A stretch of DNA of 63,674 nt from an uncultured Candidatus Saccharibacteria bacterium (GCA_964588395.1 CAZPPF010000001.1:6656-70329); one strand, 5' to 3'; numbered from the stretch's first letter, positions 9,087-18,073 are shown. Numbers and translations: made by a program. The notes: generated by a model not told the origin, from the letters alone.

Positions 9087-9106
9087 GCTTAATGTGTACA
9101 TTAAGC
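9087..9106. promoter_or_regulatory. 20-bp dyad GCTTAATGT-GT-ACATTAAGC overlapping the annotated start of the 899-aa gene
   Basis: The 9-bp arms are exact reverse complements. It overlaps a second perfect palindrome, TTAAGCTTAA (9083-9092). Confidence 0.4.
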
Positions 9107-11793
9107 GGTTTGCGAGGATTGAAATAAAGAGGGTAACACTACGCTCGCATTTGGTGCTTTGGTTATTGCTTTTCATGGCAATAACTAGTCTCTTTCTAAT
9201 GGTTCAAAAACCGGCAAAAACTTCTGCAACGATCAATAGGCAAATCAATTTTCAGGGCAAAATTGTCCTTAGCAGTAACAGCACGAATATTACCAACGGG
9301 ACTTACAACATGGAGTTCAAGATTTACTCTGGCGGTGATGGGGTAGTGGGAGGGGGCGATGAGACACTACTTTGGACTGAAGATCGTTTGATCGGTGGAA
9401 CTGGTGGAGTAACGATTACTGACGGGGTTTTTCAGATTAATCTCGGTGCTGTAACTAGCTTACCCGGAAGCGTTGACTTCAATAACAGTACACTTTGGCT
9501 TTCGATGCAGCTCGGAAATACATCGAGCTGTACTATCACTACTACCTTCCTATCAAATTGTAGTGGTGATGGGGAAATGAGCCCGATGGTGCGTTTTACG
9601 GCTGCACCGTACGCTTTCAATTCGGATTTATTAGACGGAATCGACAGTTCATCATTTGCACAACTTTCTGGAACCAACACCTGGAGTGGTACAAATACAT
9701 ACAATAGTCAGTCCACCTTTAACACAGATGTAGATTATGTTTTTAATGGTACAGAAAATATTTCGGTAACGAGTGACCTAGCGGGAAGCGTAGATGTGCT
9801 ATCGGTCATCGCTACCCCCTCGTCCACATCTGGTACGACCCAAGGCATACTTATCCAGCAAGCCAACTCTGCTAATACAAACGGCCTCGACAATGGGATT
9901 ACTATTAATAATGCCGACTCCGATCTACCAATAACAGCTGCCCTAAAAATTCAGAACAGTGGCGGTGGTGGATATACAACGATAATTGATAACCAAGGAA
10001 CACTTATCTCAAGCGCTGAACTTAATCTTCTTGACGGTCACGCCTCTGCACTTGTGGATACAGCGTATACAGGAACACTAGGAATTACGGGAACTGGTGT
10101 TCTAGACGCCGGTTCCATCGGAACAAGTTTTGGTGCAATTGATGTCGGTAGCGACTCTATTACTACTACAGGGACCATTGGTACAGCTGGTAGCACTACA
10201 TTTACTGGAGCAGGTGGCACTTTCTCCTCAACTATTAATGCAAATGGTGGCATTTCTTTAGGCGCCAACCAGAACATTACAACCACTGCAGGAACGGGCT
10301 CTATCATACTTAATTCCACCGTTTCGAACGCTTCGGACGATGCTATTACAATTAACACCTCATACACAGGTGGGGCAACTGATGCGCTTGCATACAATGC
10401 TATAAATATCCCGGGCTTTAGTCCTACAAATGCTTCTGGTACAGACTTTGTTAATGGGTTAAACATTGGCAATTTAACCGATCCTGGTGCATCTATTACG
10501 AGCACTGCCTTCAAACTTGGAACGGGTTGGGACGTGCTGTTTGGTGGATCAACTGCTGGAACGAGTATTTTCGACTTTACTAACTTTGATGTTACGAGTG
10601 CGGGTGCTGTTTCTTCGGTTGGAGTTAATAGTGGCACCGGCCTACTTCAGGGGACGGGGGGTCTAACTGTTACCGGTACGATAAACCTAAATGCTTCGGG
10701 ATCAGGCACCACAACCATTGGAAGTAACACTGCCGGAACAATATCATTTGTAACAAGTGGTGTTACAACTACCAATAATCAGAATGACATTATCATTGGT
10801 GGTGGTTATGCGAGTTCCGATACAACTTTATCTGGCCTAACGCTAGATTCATTCAGCACCTTTACCGAAGCGGCTAGCACTTGTACCGCAACTGTGAACG
10901 GCGGAACTATCTACTACAACAGTGCTTCTAACGCTGTACGCGGTTGTATCAATGGTCAATGGGAGGATATGGTATCAACAGCCTCTCTTGGTTTACAGCT
11001 TTTTGGTGTTGTACCCGACTCTGGTCCAGACCCAGGTAACTGGATTGGAATCAATGCAACACTTGCAAACAATGGACCCTGTAAGGTTTATATGGGTGGG
11101 ACCACTGCTAGTATCCGCTGGACGGGATGTACTGCATTTTCTGGTGGGCGAAAAATAATTGTTCCTGCTCAAACTTCAGATCAAGCTATTACAACTGGTG
11201 CTGGTGTTTGGGCTCATGTATGTCTAAATACTTCGGGTGCAGTTGCTATTACACAAAGCGCAACAGAAACCACATTATGGCCAACCTTCTCCGCCAGTGC
11301 ACCAATACTCTGCTTGGCAGATATTTCTACAACAAACACAGGTGGCGGTAAAATTTCTGAAATTTATGATACACGGACCTTTACAACTACGACCAAAGAG
11401 ATCGTTAACAACGTTACGAATAACCCAAGTGTTGGGTGGGCCGTGGCTCAGACCACAACTGCCGGACAGGTAACAAGAACTGCAGCTACTGCGGGATTAG
11501 CGCTTATCCGTGGTGTATTTGTCGCAGTAACGAACTCTGGTACCACTGCCAACAGCATGAATGCAATTATTGCTACTACAGGGCCTGCCTATATGAAAGC
11601 AACCGCTGGAACCGCTGGTCTATATGTTCAGACTATTGGAACTGCTGGCTACGTAACGGCAACAACGTTACCTGCATGTACTAGCGCTGCATATTGTGTG
11701 CCGGGTTTATCTTTATCGGCTTTTAGCAGTACCTGTGCAGCAAATGCAGATTCTTGTCGAGGTTCGATTGCCGTGAACTTAAACTTACGTTAG
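9094..11793 (+). CDS. Large (899 aa) Thr/Gly/Ser-rich surface protein / putative adhesin
   Basis: N-terminal TM/signal segment. The block QINFQGKIV..NGTYNMEFKIYSGGDG..LLWTE..VTITDGVFQINLG is typical of fibre/adhesin N-terminal domains. A long low-complexity T/G/S region and a Cys-containing C-terminal domain follow. The start codon is uncertain (GTG 9094). Confidence 0.6.
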   Translation: MYIKRFARIEIKRVTLRSHLVLWLLLFMAITSLFLMVQKPAKTSATINRQINFQGKIVLSSNSTNITNGTYNMEFKIYSGGDGVVGGGDETLLWTEDRLIGGTGGVTITDGVFQINLGAVTSLPGSVDFNNSTLWLSMQLGNTSSCTITTTFLSNCSGDGEMSPMVRFTAAPYAFNSDLLDGIDSSSFAQLSGTNTWSGTNTYNSQSTFNTDVDYVFNGTENISVTSDLAGSVDVLSVIATPSSTSGTTQGILIQQANSANTNGLDNGITINNADSDLPITAALKIQNSGGGGYTTIIDNQGTLISSAELNLLDGHASALVDTAYTGTLGITGTGVLDAGSIGTSFGAIDVGSDSITTTGTIGTAGSTTFTGAGGTFSSTINANGGISLGANQNITTTAGTGSIILNSTVSNASDDAITINTSYTGGATDALAYNAINIPGFSPTNASGTDFVNGLNIGNLTDPGASITSTAFKLGTGWDVLFGGSTAGTSIFDFTNFDVTSAGAVSSVGVNSGTGLLQGTGGLTVTGTINLNASGSGTTTIGSNTAGTISFVTSGVTTTNNQNDIIIGGGYASSDTTLSGLTLDSFSTFTEAASTCTATVNGGTIYYNSASNAVRGCINGQWEDMVSTASLGLQLFGVVPDSGPDPGNWIGINATLANNGPCKVYMGGTTASIRWTGCTAFSGGRKIIVPAQTSDQAITTGAGVWAHVCLNTSGAVAITQSATETTLWPTFSASAPILCLADISTTNTGGGKISEIYDTRTFTTTTKEIVNNVTNNPSVGWAVAQTTTAGQVTRTAATAGLALIRGVFVAVTNSGTTANSMNAIIATTGPAYMKATAGTAGLYVQTIGTAGYVTATTLPACTSAAYCVPGLSLSAFSSTCAANADSCRGSIAVNLNLR

Positions 11794-12318
11794 ATGAAGT
11801 TTTCAAACGAGAAGTCGGTACTGCGTAGCCGTCGAAGGATGCGAATAACGGTAATAGGCACAATCCTAATTATGTTGCTTGGACTCGGATTGGTGTGGCA
11901 ACTATGGCTAAAACCAAAACCCATGTTGCCAGCCGATATCCGCCAGCAATTAAACTTTGTCACTTATTTACCGAAAACAGGAAACTTAGTTAAATTAGAT
12001 AAGAGTACGATTAAATATGATAAACAAAGCGCTGTTCTAAGTATGGTAGCTACCTACCAAAACAATCAAGTGACTATAACCGAACAAGCCTATCCCGATG
12101 TACTGATCTACGACCGATTAATTGGAACTCTAAAACAATATGATGAAGTTCAAACGAAAACAGGGAAAGTCGCATTGACTCGGCCTGATGCAGCTGGAGG
12201 GTCGCAAGTTGCCGTAGTCAGTGCCGACAATAAAACACTTGTGTTCGTAAAAACTTCCAAAGATCTTACAAAAGATGAATGGTTACAATTTTTTAATACA
12301 CTCGACGCTACAGATTAA
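11794..12318 (+). CDS. Hypothetical N-terminally anchored extracytoplasmic protein (last gene of the surface locus)
   Basis: The ATG immediately follows the upstream TAG. It has a basic N-terminus, one TM helix (ITVIGTILIMLLGLGLVWQLW) and a ~130-aa domain. Confidence 0.5.
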   Translation: MKFSNEKSVLRSRRRMRITVIGTILIMLLGLGLVWQLWLKPKPMLPADIRQQLNFVTYLPKTGNLVKLDKSTIKYDKQSAVLSMVATYQNNQVTITEQAYPDVLIYDRLIGTLKQYDEVQTKTGKVALTRPDAAGGSQVAVVSADNKTLVFVKTSKDLTKDEWLQFFNTLDATD

Positions 12319-12319
12319 A

Positions 12320-13645
12320 CTAACGATAACTTTCTATTAAATCTATAACAAGCGAAGCTGTCCAAGAAAAATTATGGGCGCCGGCAGGTGTGCCATCAAT
12401 GGGCGAAAAGTACTCATATAAACCATTTTTCTCAACCACAGCAGTTGTGGATTGAGCTAGCTCCGCAGCCTCTTCGTCAAAGCCATAGCGTTTCAGACCC
12501 TCTATTATCAGCCAATTGGTATTGATCCACACCGGACCCTGCCAATAGCTATGAGATTTAAACCAACTAGAATTGAGCGGAACGCTCGGGACAGGATACG
12601 GAGCACCAAAAAGTCGCTTGTCCTTAAGTAGCTCTATCAACTGCTGTGCTCGCTCTTTGGATACGCTACCACTATAGAGAGGCAGCAGTGTGGCAATACT
12701 GGGTTCCTTGATAAGTTTATGCGTAATAAAATTACGCGAATAATACTGACCAGTGTAGCCATCCCAGAGCATTTCGAGTGCATCCTCGGTTTTATTTATC
12801 TTTTTCGTCAGTTCATCAGGCAATTCGTGGTGAATAGCCTTGGCGATATGCCTTAGGCAGTGGTTGGCACGTACAAGCATAGAGTTAAAACCAAGATCTT
12901 CGATGGCAAACAAGGAGTGGCTGAGTATCTTGTCTATGTCGTAGGCTTTGCGACGTAAACGGTGCTGTACGCTGTAAAGCGCCAAAGCCTCAAAGGTTGA
13001 CAGACGTTGATCTGCAGGAACGTAGCGTGTATCGCGCCTAAGGCGGTTAACCAGATACACAAGTGGTTTTTTGGTGGCTAATCTAATCCAAAAAGGCAAC
13101 TGATGTTGTTTGAGCTCGCTCATCCAGGGCGGTGTATTGTCTAACCCCGTCTCCCAGGGGTGTACGAGCAGTACTAGGCCTTCGTCATGCGGGTCGCGTT
13201 CTTTATAGAGCCACTGATGATACGCTAATATCGCTGGAAAGACCTGCTGATACCAGGTGCGCCGCTCTGCCGGCTTTAGTTTTTCACCAATTTTTATAAC
13301 CGCTTCGGCAATAATGGGAGGCTGCGTAATTCCGCTGGTAGCTACATCATCTGGAGCAAGTGGATTGAGCCAGCTGCGCCAAATATTACGATCTTGGCGA
13401 TGTTTATCACCACCAGCAAAGATCATGTTCGGCAACATGCCGTTAGCCCATTGACCTCTAAGCAGGCTCAAGATTTCTTTTTGGGCACGATCGATATCGT
13501 AATGCCTAAGCCCAATAGAAATAAAACAACTGTCCCACAGCCATTGGTGCGTATAAAGCCCTTCGGTCGGGATTGTATAGTCACCATGTTTATTTATTTC
13601 CAGAACTGCCTTGGCTTGTTCAAGCAGATCTGCCGGTTCTTCCAT
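12320..13645 (-). CDS. (alpha/alpha)6-barrel glycoside hydrolase, GH63-like (glucosyl-/mannosylglycerate hydrolase-like)
   Basis: HQWLWDSCF near the N-terminus and SYWQGPVWINTNWLIIEGLKRYG near the C-terminus are typical of the GH63/GH37-type clan. Confidence 0.65.
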   Translation of the reverse strand: MEEPADLLEQAKAVLEINKHGDYTIPTEGLYTHQWLWDSCFISIGLRHYDIDRAQKEILSLLRGQWANGMLPNMIFAGGDKHRQDRNIWRSWLNPLAPDDVATSGITQPPIIAEAVIKIGEKLKPAERRTWYQQVFPAILAYHQWLYKERDPHDEGLVLLVHPWETGLDNTPPWMSELKQHQLPFWIRLATKKPLVYLVNRLRRDTRYVPADQRLSTFEALALYSVQHRLRRKAYDIDKILSHSLFAIEDLGFNSMLVRANHCLRHIAKAIHHELPDELTKKINKTEDALEMLWDGYTGQYYSRNFITHKLIKEPSIATLLPLYSGSVSKERAQQLIELLKDKRLFGAPYPVPSVPLNSSWFKSHSYWQGPVWINTNWLIIEGLKRYGFDEEAAELAQSTTAVVEKNGLYEYFSPIDGTPAGAHNFSWTASLVIDLIESYR

Positions 13646-13790
13646 ACTTTCAAGTATACCGTAAGCAAGATCAAGATAGGCAATGTGGTATTGCAGGGCT
13701 ATGTGGGGAGAGTGTTAATTTGAGACCGAACATGCTTGTGCTTGCTCAAGGGCTTAAGATTGCTATGCTATAGCCAGAGGAAAAGTATTT

Positions 13791-15089
13791 ATGTCACTTG
13801 AGGTTATCAAAAACGAGATTGTTATCGCTCCGGCAGCATTTGACCCACACTGTCATCCCAGGGCTTTCGACGCCCTTGTTCAGCTAGGTGGTGCAAATAA
13901 TATCGACGGTAAAGCCGGTGTGTTTGAATACACTCGGTCAATGCTCTTCTCGGGTTTTGCGGGTGGTCTGGCTATGCCTAACGAGTCCATTCGTACTGGC
14001 AGGCTCGGTGGAGGATTAGATGCGCAGGGCTATGCGAGCGAAGCCCACCCCCACCCCATTAACTCTTTGAATCGCATTTTTGAATTTGAACAGCGCTTAG
14101 GCACTGAAGCCGTTGTAGATATGGGTGCGTTGTTTGGCCTTGATCCAAACGAGCTTTATTCATATGAAGCCGCACCAATTAATCGTGAAATCATGCGCCA
14201 CCGCTTTGCCGAGGTGAAAGGCCGCGTTTTGGGGTTAAAAGTATATGTCGACAATACGGAGGGTGGTTATGCTATCCGTGTTGAAGATGCTCGTGATGCT
14301 ATTGAAGACTGGCAAATTGACCACGAAGGTGAGCCGGTGGTTGTTCACGCAGAAGATGAAAATGTGGCTACAGTCTTGCGTGAAGTTTATCGTAGGGAGG
14401 GCGGCAAAGATTGGGCCATACACATTGCCCATGTATCTTCACGTGTCGAGCTCGAAGCAATTATAGAAGCCAAACAAGCCGGCATGAACGTTACATGTGA
14501 AGTAACACCACACCATCTATTCTTAACTGAAACGGATAGGGAACTACTGGGTGGACAAGGCTGCATGAAGCCCACGCTCAAATCGAAAGAAGATGTGGAC
14601 TTTTTGTGGGCAAATATTGAGTGGATAGATATGTTTGGTTCGGATTGCGCACCGCATCGTCCTGGTGATAAAAGTGCGACACCTCCTACCTTCGGAGTAA
14701 CCAATCACCCACTTGAAATTCCGCTTCTTCTAACTGAAGCACTTAAAGAAGATGGGCGGATAAGTCTTGAAAAACTAGAGGACATGCTCTGTATCCAGCC
14801 ACGTCAACGATTTAACTTGCCAGCTGACGATGGATCCAAGAGTGTATTTAAAATTGGTCAAAAGTCTGTTCAAGAAATCGAAGCTCGAGTTGGTAATAAA
14901 TATCACGAAACACCCTTTGCAACTTATTCAGAGCTAGTGCCAGAAGATGCAGTTAGACGATTTAATGTAGGTGCATATCTGAGCCGGATGCAAATCTCCG
15001 ATTCGCATGTATGGTTTTATGATGGTGAGCACAGCAGCAACCGTAATGAATTGGTGAAGGGTTTTCATAGAATTTTACGACCAGTTTGA
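13791..15089 (+). CDS. Cyclic amidohydrolase, dihydroorotase-like (dihydropyrimidinase-type function not excluded)
   Basis: Metal-binding motifs DPHCHPR (HxH), VHAED, HIAHVSS, EVTPHHLFL and GSDCAPH. Confidence 0.7.
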   Translation: MSLEVIKNEIVIAPAAFDPHCHPRAFDALVQLGGANNIDGKAGVFEYTRSMLFSGFAGGLAMPNESIRTGRLGGGLDAQGYASEAHPHPINSLNRIFEFEQRLGTEAVVDMGALFGLDPNELYSYEAAPINREIMRHRFAEVKGRVLGLKVYVDNTEGGYAIRVEDARDAIEDWQIDHEGEPVVVHAEDENVATVLREVYRREGGKDWAIHIAHVSSRVELEAIIEAKQAGMNVTCEVTPHHLFLTETDRELLGGQGCMKPTLKSKEDVDFLWANIEWIDMFGSDCAPHRPGDKSATPPTFGVTNHPLEIPLLLTEALKEDGRISLEKLEDMLCIQPRQRFNLPADDGSKSVFKIGQKSVQEIEARVGNKYHETPFATYSELVPEDAVRRFNVGAYLSRMQISDSHVWFYDGEHSSNRNELVKGFHRILRPV

Positions 15090-15105
15090 TGGAAAGGGGA
15101 AAATA

Positions 15106-16062
15106 ATGACAAGTTTTGAACAACATCCGTTGTATCCAGGAGAGGCAGTTCCTCTTTTTATAGCCGCTGGTCCTTTGAAAGAAGCAGCCCATTTTGCACC
15201 TTTTGAGGAAATAGAAGACCCCCTCACAGTTCCTGTACTAACAAATGGAGGTTGGACACTACCCGAATGGTCTGGTAATGCCACGAGTGAAAAGCCGCAA
15301 GACTTTGTGTATTATCCAGAGCGCAAATTGGCTGGAAATTGCCGGGGGCTACCCTGCAGTGGAATCGAAGGAATGCGCAAGCTCGCAGAACCCATTAAAA
15401 ATCTTTCTGATAGAGGCATTAAAACAATCATCCAGGTCACAAACTTGCCACATGAAAAACCCAGTAATGTTATTCCATATCTTGCCGAAGAAGCTTCAGC
15501 TCAAAATCCCACCGCGATTGAAGTAAACCTAAGCTGCCCAAACGGGAAAGACGAAGATGGTAATTTTCATCCACCTACCTGTAACAACTCTGAAGTAAGT
15601 GCAGAAGTTATGAGTGCTACACGCAGTGCAGTAGGGGATGAAATCTGTTTGGGAGCCAAAGATTCTCCACACGTTATGTCTCTCGAAGATGAAGTTGATG
15701 AGCATGCTGTTGTCGATCTAATTACGGCAATCAATCCGTATATAGATTTTTTGACAGGTATTAATACCATTGGTGGCCAATCATTCCCTGAGCTCAAGTG
15801 CGGAAATGGCAAAGGTGGTGCAAGTGGACCTGCCGTTGCACCAATCGCACGACGGTGGCTTCAAATAGCTCGTGCATCAGCTGAAGATCATGTGGCTATC
15901 TTGTCCTGTGGTGGTGTAGATTCACAGAACCTATACATAGAAGCACCTTTGAGATTAGCTATGGGTGCGCTGTTGGTTGGAGGTGCACAAGAATTCTACA
16001 GAGCCGGTCAACCAGATCGTTTAGCTATTCGTTGGGCCCAGGAATATGCAGCAACCATCTAG
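15106..16062 (+). CDS. Dihydroorotate dehydrogenase-like flavoenzyme (class 1-like)
   Basis: AIEVNLSCPN, GINTIGG, GGASGPAV and LSCGGV follow the DHOD/DPD FMN-barrel pattern. Confidence 0.65.
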   Translation: MTSFEQHPLYPGEAVPLFIAAGPLKEAAHFAPFEEIEDPLTVPVLTNGGWTLPEWSGNATSEKPQDFVYYPERKLAGNCRGLPCSGIEGMRKLAEPIKNLSDRGIKTIIQVTNLPHEKPSNVIPYLAEEASAQNPTAIEVNLSCPNGKDEDGNFHPPTCNNSEVSAEVMSATRSAVGDEICLGAKDSPHVMSLEDEVDEHAVVDLITAINPYIDFLTGINTIGGQSFPELKCGNGKGGASGPAVAPIARRWLQIARASAEDHVAILSCGGVDSQNLYIEAPLRLAMGALLVGGAQEFYRAGQPDRLAIRWAQEYAATI

Positions 16063-16556
16063 CGATAGTTTGTAAAACTCAGAGGGAAATCGAAGTCTTG
16101 AGCACGGAGGGTTTGCATGACAACTTGCAGCTCATCTTTGCTTGAGCTTGTCACGCGAACTTCTTGACCTTGAATTTGGGTTTTGACCTTGGGGAACTTT
16201 TCGCGGATCAGACTCGTGATTTTTTTAGCTTTTTCTTGATCAAGGCCCTGCCTGAAGGGCACTACTTGGGTGGTTTTGAGGTTACTTTCGACCAGTTCAT
16301 TAGAAGTATCCAGTACCTTTTGACTTTGGTTGCGGGCAGCTAGTTTCTTGCGAACAATATCTAAAATAGCGTCTATCTGCCAATCGCCATTACCAGTGAT
16401 CTTGAGGCCTGTTTTGTCACTGTCCAGCCATTCCACAGCCGCTGGTGTGCCCTTGAAATCATATCGGTTCTGTAGTTCGCGCTGAACCTGGTCGAATACG
16501 TTGTTCATTTCGGCTTTATCATAGTCAGAAACGATATCAAAAGAGAAGGTTGCCAT
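16059..16556 (-). CDS. yajQ: YajQ-family nucleotide-binding protein (UPF0234)
   Basis: MATFSFDIVSDYDKAEMNNVFDQVQRELQNRYDFKG is the canonical YajQ N-terminus. I chose the start at 16556 rather than the ORF-track start at 16604. Confidence 0.85.
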   Translation of the reverse strand: MATFSFDIVSDYDKAEMNNVFDQVQRELQNRYDFKGTPAAVEWLDSDKTGLKITGNGDWQIDAILDIVRKKLAARNQSQKVLDTSNELVESNLKTTQVVPFRQGLDQEKAKKITSLIREKFPKVKTQIQGQEVRVTSSSKDELQVVMQTLRAQDFDFPLSFTNYR

Positions 16557-16592
16557 ACAATCTAGGATAACAGATGGTATAATTCTCCTGAA

Positions 16593-17630
16593 ATGGCTTA
16601 TCAAAATCAGAAGGTGGCGGAAACTGCAGAACTGCTCAAAAAACGGTTCGGTGAGCTGGAAAACAAAGCAGATATTTTGCGCGCAGTGGAGCTACGCGCT
16701 CTGTATGGCGAAATACCGACTTTACCAGAAGATCAGAGAGCAAGTTTTGGTCAGGAAATCAATCAGCTCAAAAGTGAGTTAGAAGAAATGGTGGCAGGGG
16801 AGACAGACAAGGCTGAGGAATTACCGCCCATTGATGTCACTGCTCCATTCGATACAAATACTGCTGCCGGCAAGCGGCCTAAACTTCTCACAAGTGACCA
16901 AGGCAGCAAGCACCCACTCATGACCGAACTCGAAACCATTCTGGAAATATTTGGCCGAATGGGCTTTGCCGCAGTGGAATCTCGCCAACTGGATGATGAT
17001 TATCATATGTTCGAGACCCTTAATTTTCCAGAAGGTCACCCTGCTCGAGATGACTACGACACCTTTATGACCACCGATGGTTTAATTGCTCCCGCACACA
17101 CATCAACCATGCAGAACCGCTTACTAAAAGCCAATAAGGATAAGTTAGAAAAGGGTGAGGCCATTGGTATTGTGATTCCAGGACGAGTTTTTCGTAATGA
17201 GGACCTTGATGCTCGGCATGAACATACCTTTTACCAGTTTGAAGGCATATATGTTAATAAAGGCGTTCACGCTGGTCACTTGATTGCGACCCTCAAAGCT
17301 TTTTTGAGTGAATATTTTCAGCAAGAAATTGAAGTTAAGACCCAGCCTTTTTACTTTCCTTTTACCGAACCAAGCTTTGAGTTTGCACTGAGTTGCCCAT
17401 TTTGTCAGAAAAAAGGCTGCAATGTCTGTAGTTACAGTGGCTGGATTGAGCTACTAGGTTGTGGCATGATTCACCCCAATGTGCTCAAAATGGCCGATAT
17501 AGATCCAAATGTGTACACCGGCTTTGCCTGGGGCTGTGGAGTTGATCGTTTAGTGATGATGAAATACGACATCGAAGATATACGGCATTTCGAATCCGGC
17601 AAACTGGACTTCTTGAGGCAGTTCAAATGA
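16593..17630 (+). CDS. pheS: Phenylalanine--tRNA ligase alpha subunit
   Basis: Class II aaRS motifs (HPARD, GRVFRNE, FYQFEG, GFAWGCGVDRL). A TATAAT box (16578-16583) lies 10 nt upstream of the ATG. Confidence 0.95.
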   Translation: MAYQNQKVAETAELLKKRFGELENKADILRAVELRALYGEIPTLPEDQRASFGQEINQLKSELEEMVAGETDKAEELPPIDVTAPFDTNTAAGKRPKLLTSDQGSKHPLMTELETILEIFGRMGFAAVESRQLDDDYHMFETLNFPEGHPARDDYDTFMTTDGLIAPAHTSTMQNRLLKANKDKLEKGEAIGIVIPGRVFRNEDLDARHEHTFYQFEGIYVNKGVHAGHLIATLKAFLSEYFQQEIEVKTQPFYFPFTEPSFEFALSCPFCQKKGCNVCSYSGWIELLGCGMIHPNVLKMADIDPNVYTGFAWGCGVDRLVMMKYDIEDIRHFESGKLDFLRQFK

Positions 17631-18073
17631 AATACGACTATATGCTAGCGGGAAAATGGCGCAATCATGACAGTATTCGTACATTGCTCGATGCCCTTCG
17701 AAAAGCTGGAAAAAAGGTCTATTGTTTTATAGATAATGCTTACGACAGCGATGGAATTTTGATTGATACCTCAGGCCACGGAGTTGAGGAGTTTATGGCA
17801 CGGCTTGAAACCATTCACGATTGGCAAGATAACCCGACGTTTCGTAAAATCTACGAAAATGATATGAGTGGCTTAAGAGAGGCCGAGGAGTTTATTATGG
17901 TTTTTCCTGCTGGATTGTCCTCTCATATGGAGCTTGGGGTAGCTTTTGGTATGGGCAAGAAGTGTTATGGCATAGGAAAGCCGGACAAATATGAAACTTT
18001 GTACTTAATGTTCGATGAGATATTTCCAGATGCGGAATCATTTTTAAAGGCAAAAATTGGGGTTCCAGCATGA
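17627..18073 (+). CDS. Nucleoside 2-deoxyribosyltransferase-like (NDT/Rcl-fold) protein
   Basis: YMLAGKW.. at the N-terminus and EEFIMVFPAGLSSHMELGVAFGMGKKCYGI match the NDT-family pattern (aD.vva...s.Gt..ElG.A.a.gK). It has ATGA overlaps with both pheS and pheT. Confidence 0.55.
   Translation: MKYDYMLAGKWRNHDSIRTLLDALRKAGKKVYCFIDNAYDSDGILIDTSGHGVEEFMARLETIHDWQDNPTFRKIYENDMSGLREAEEFIMVFPAGLSSHMELGVAFGMGKKCYGIGKPDKYETLYLMFDEIFPDAESFLKAKIGVPA

Noticed and set aside
10038-10637. 199-aa minus-strand ORF inside the 899-aa gene.
   Set aside because: It is a shadow ORF of a low-complexity Thr/Gly/Ser-coding region, where the antisense strand reads as Pro/Val/Ser-rich. There is no start context.
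10922-11684. Four 74-82 aa plus-strand ORFs in alternative frames of the adhesin gene.
   Set aside because: They are Cys/Trp/Tyr-rich nonsense translations. The codon composition of the main frame simply depletes stop codons in the other frames.
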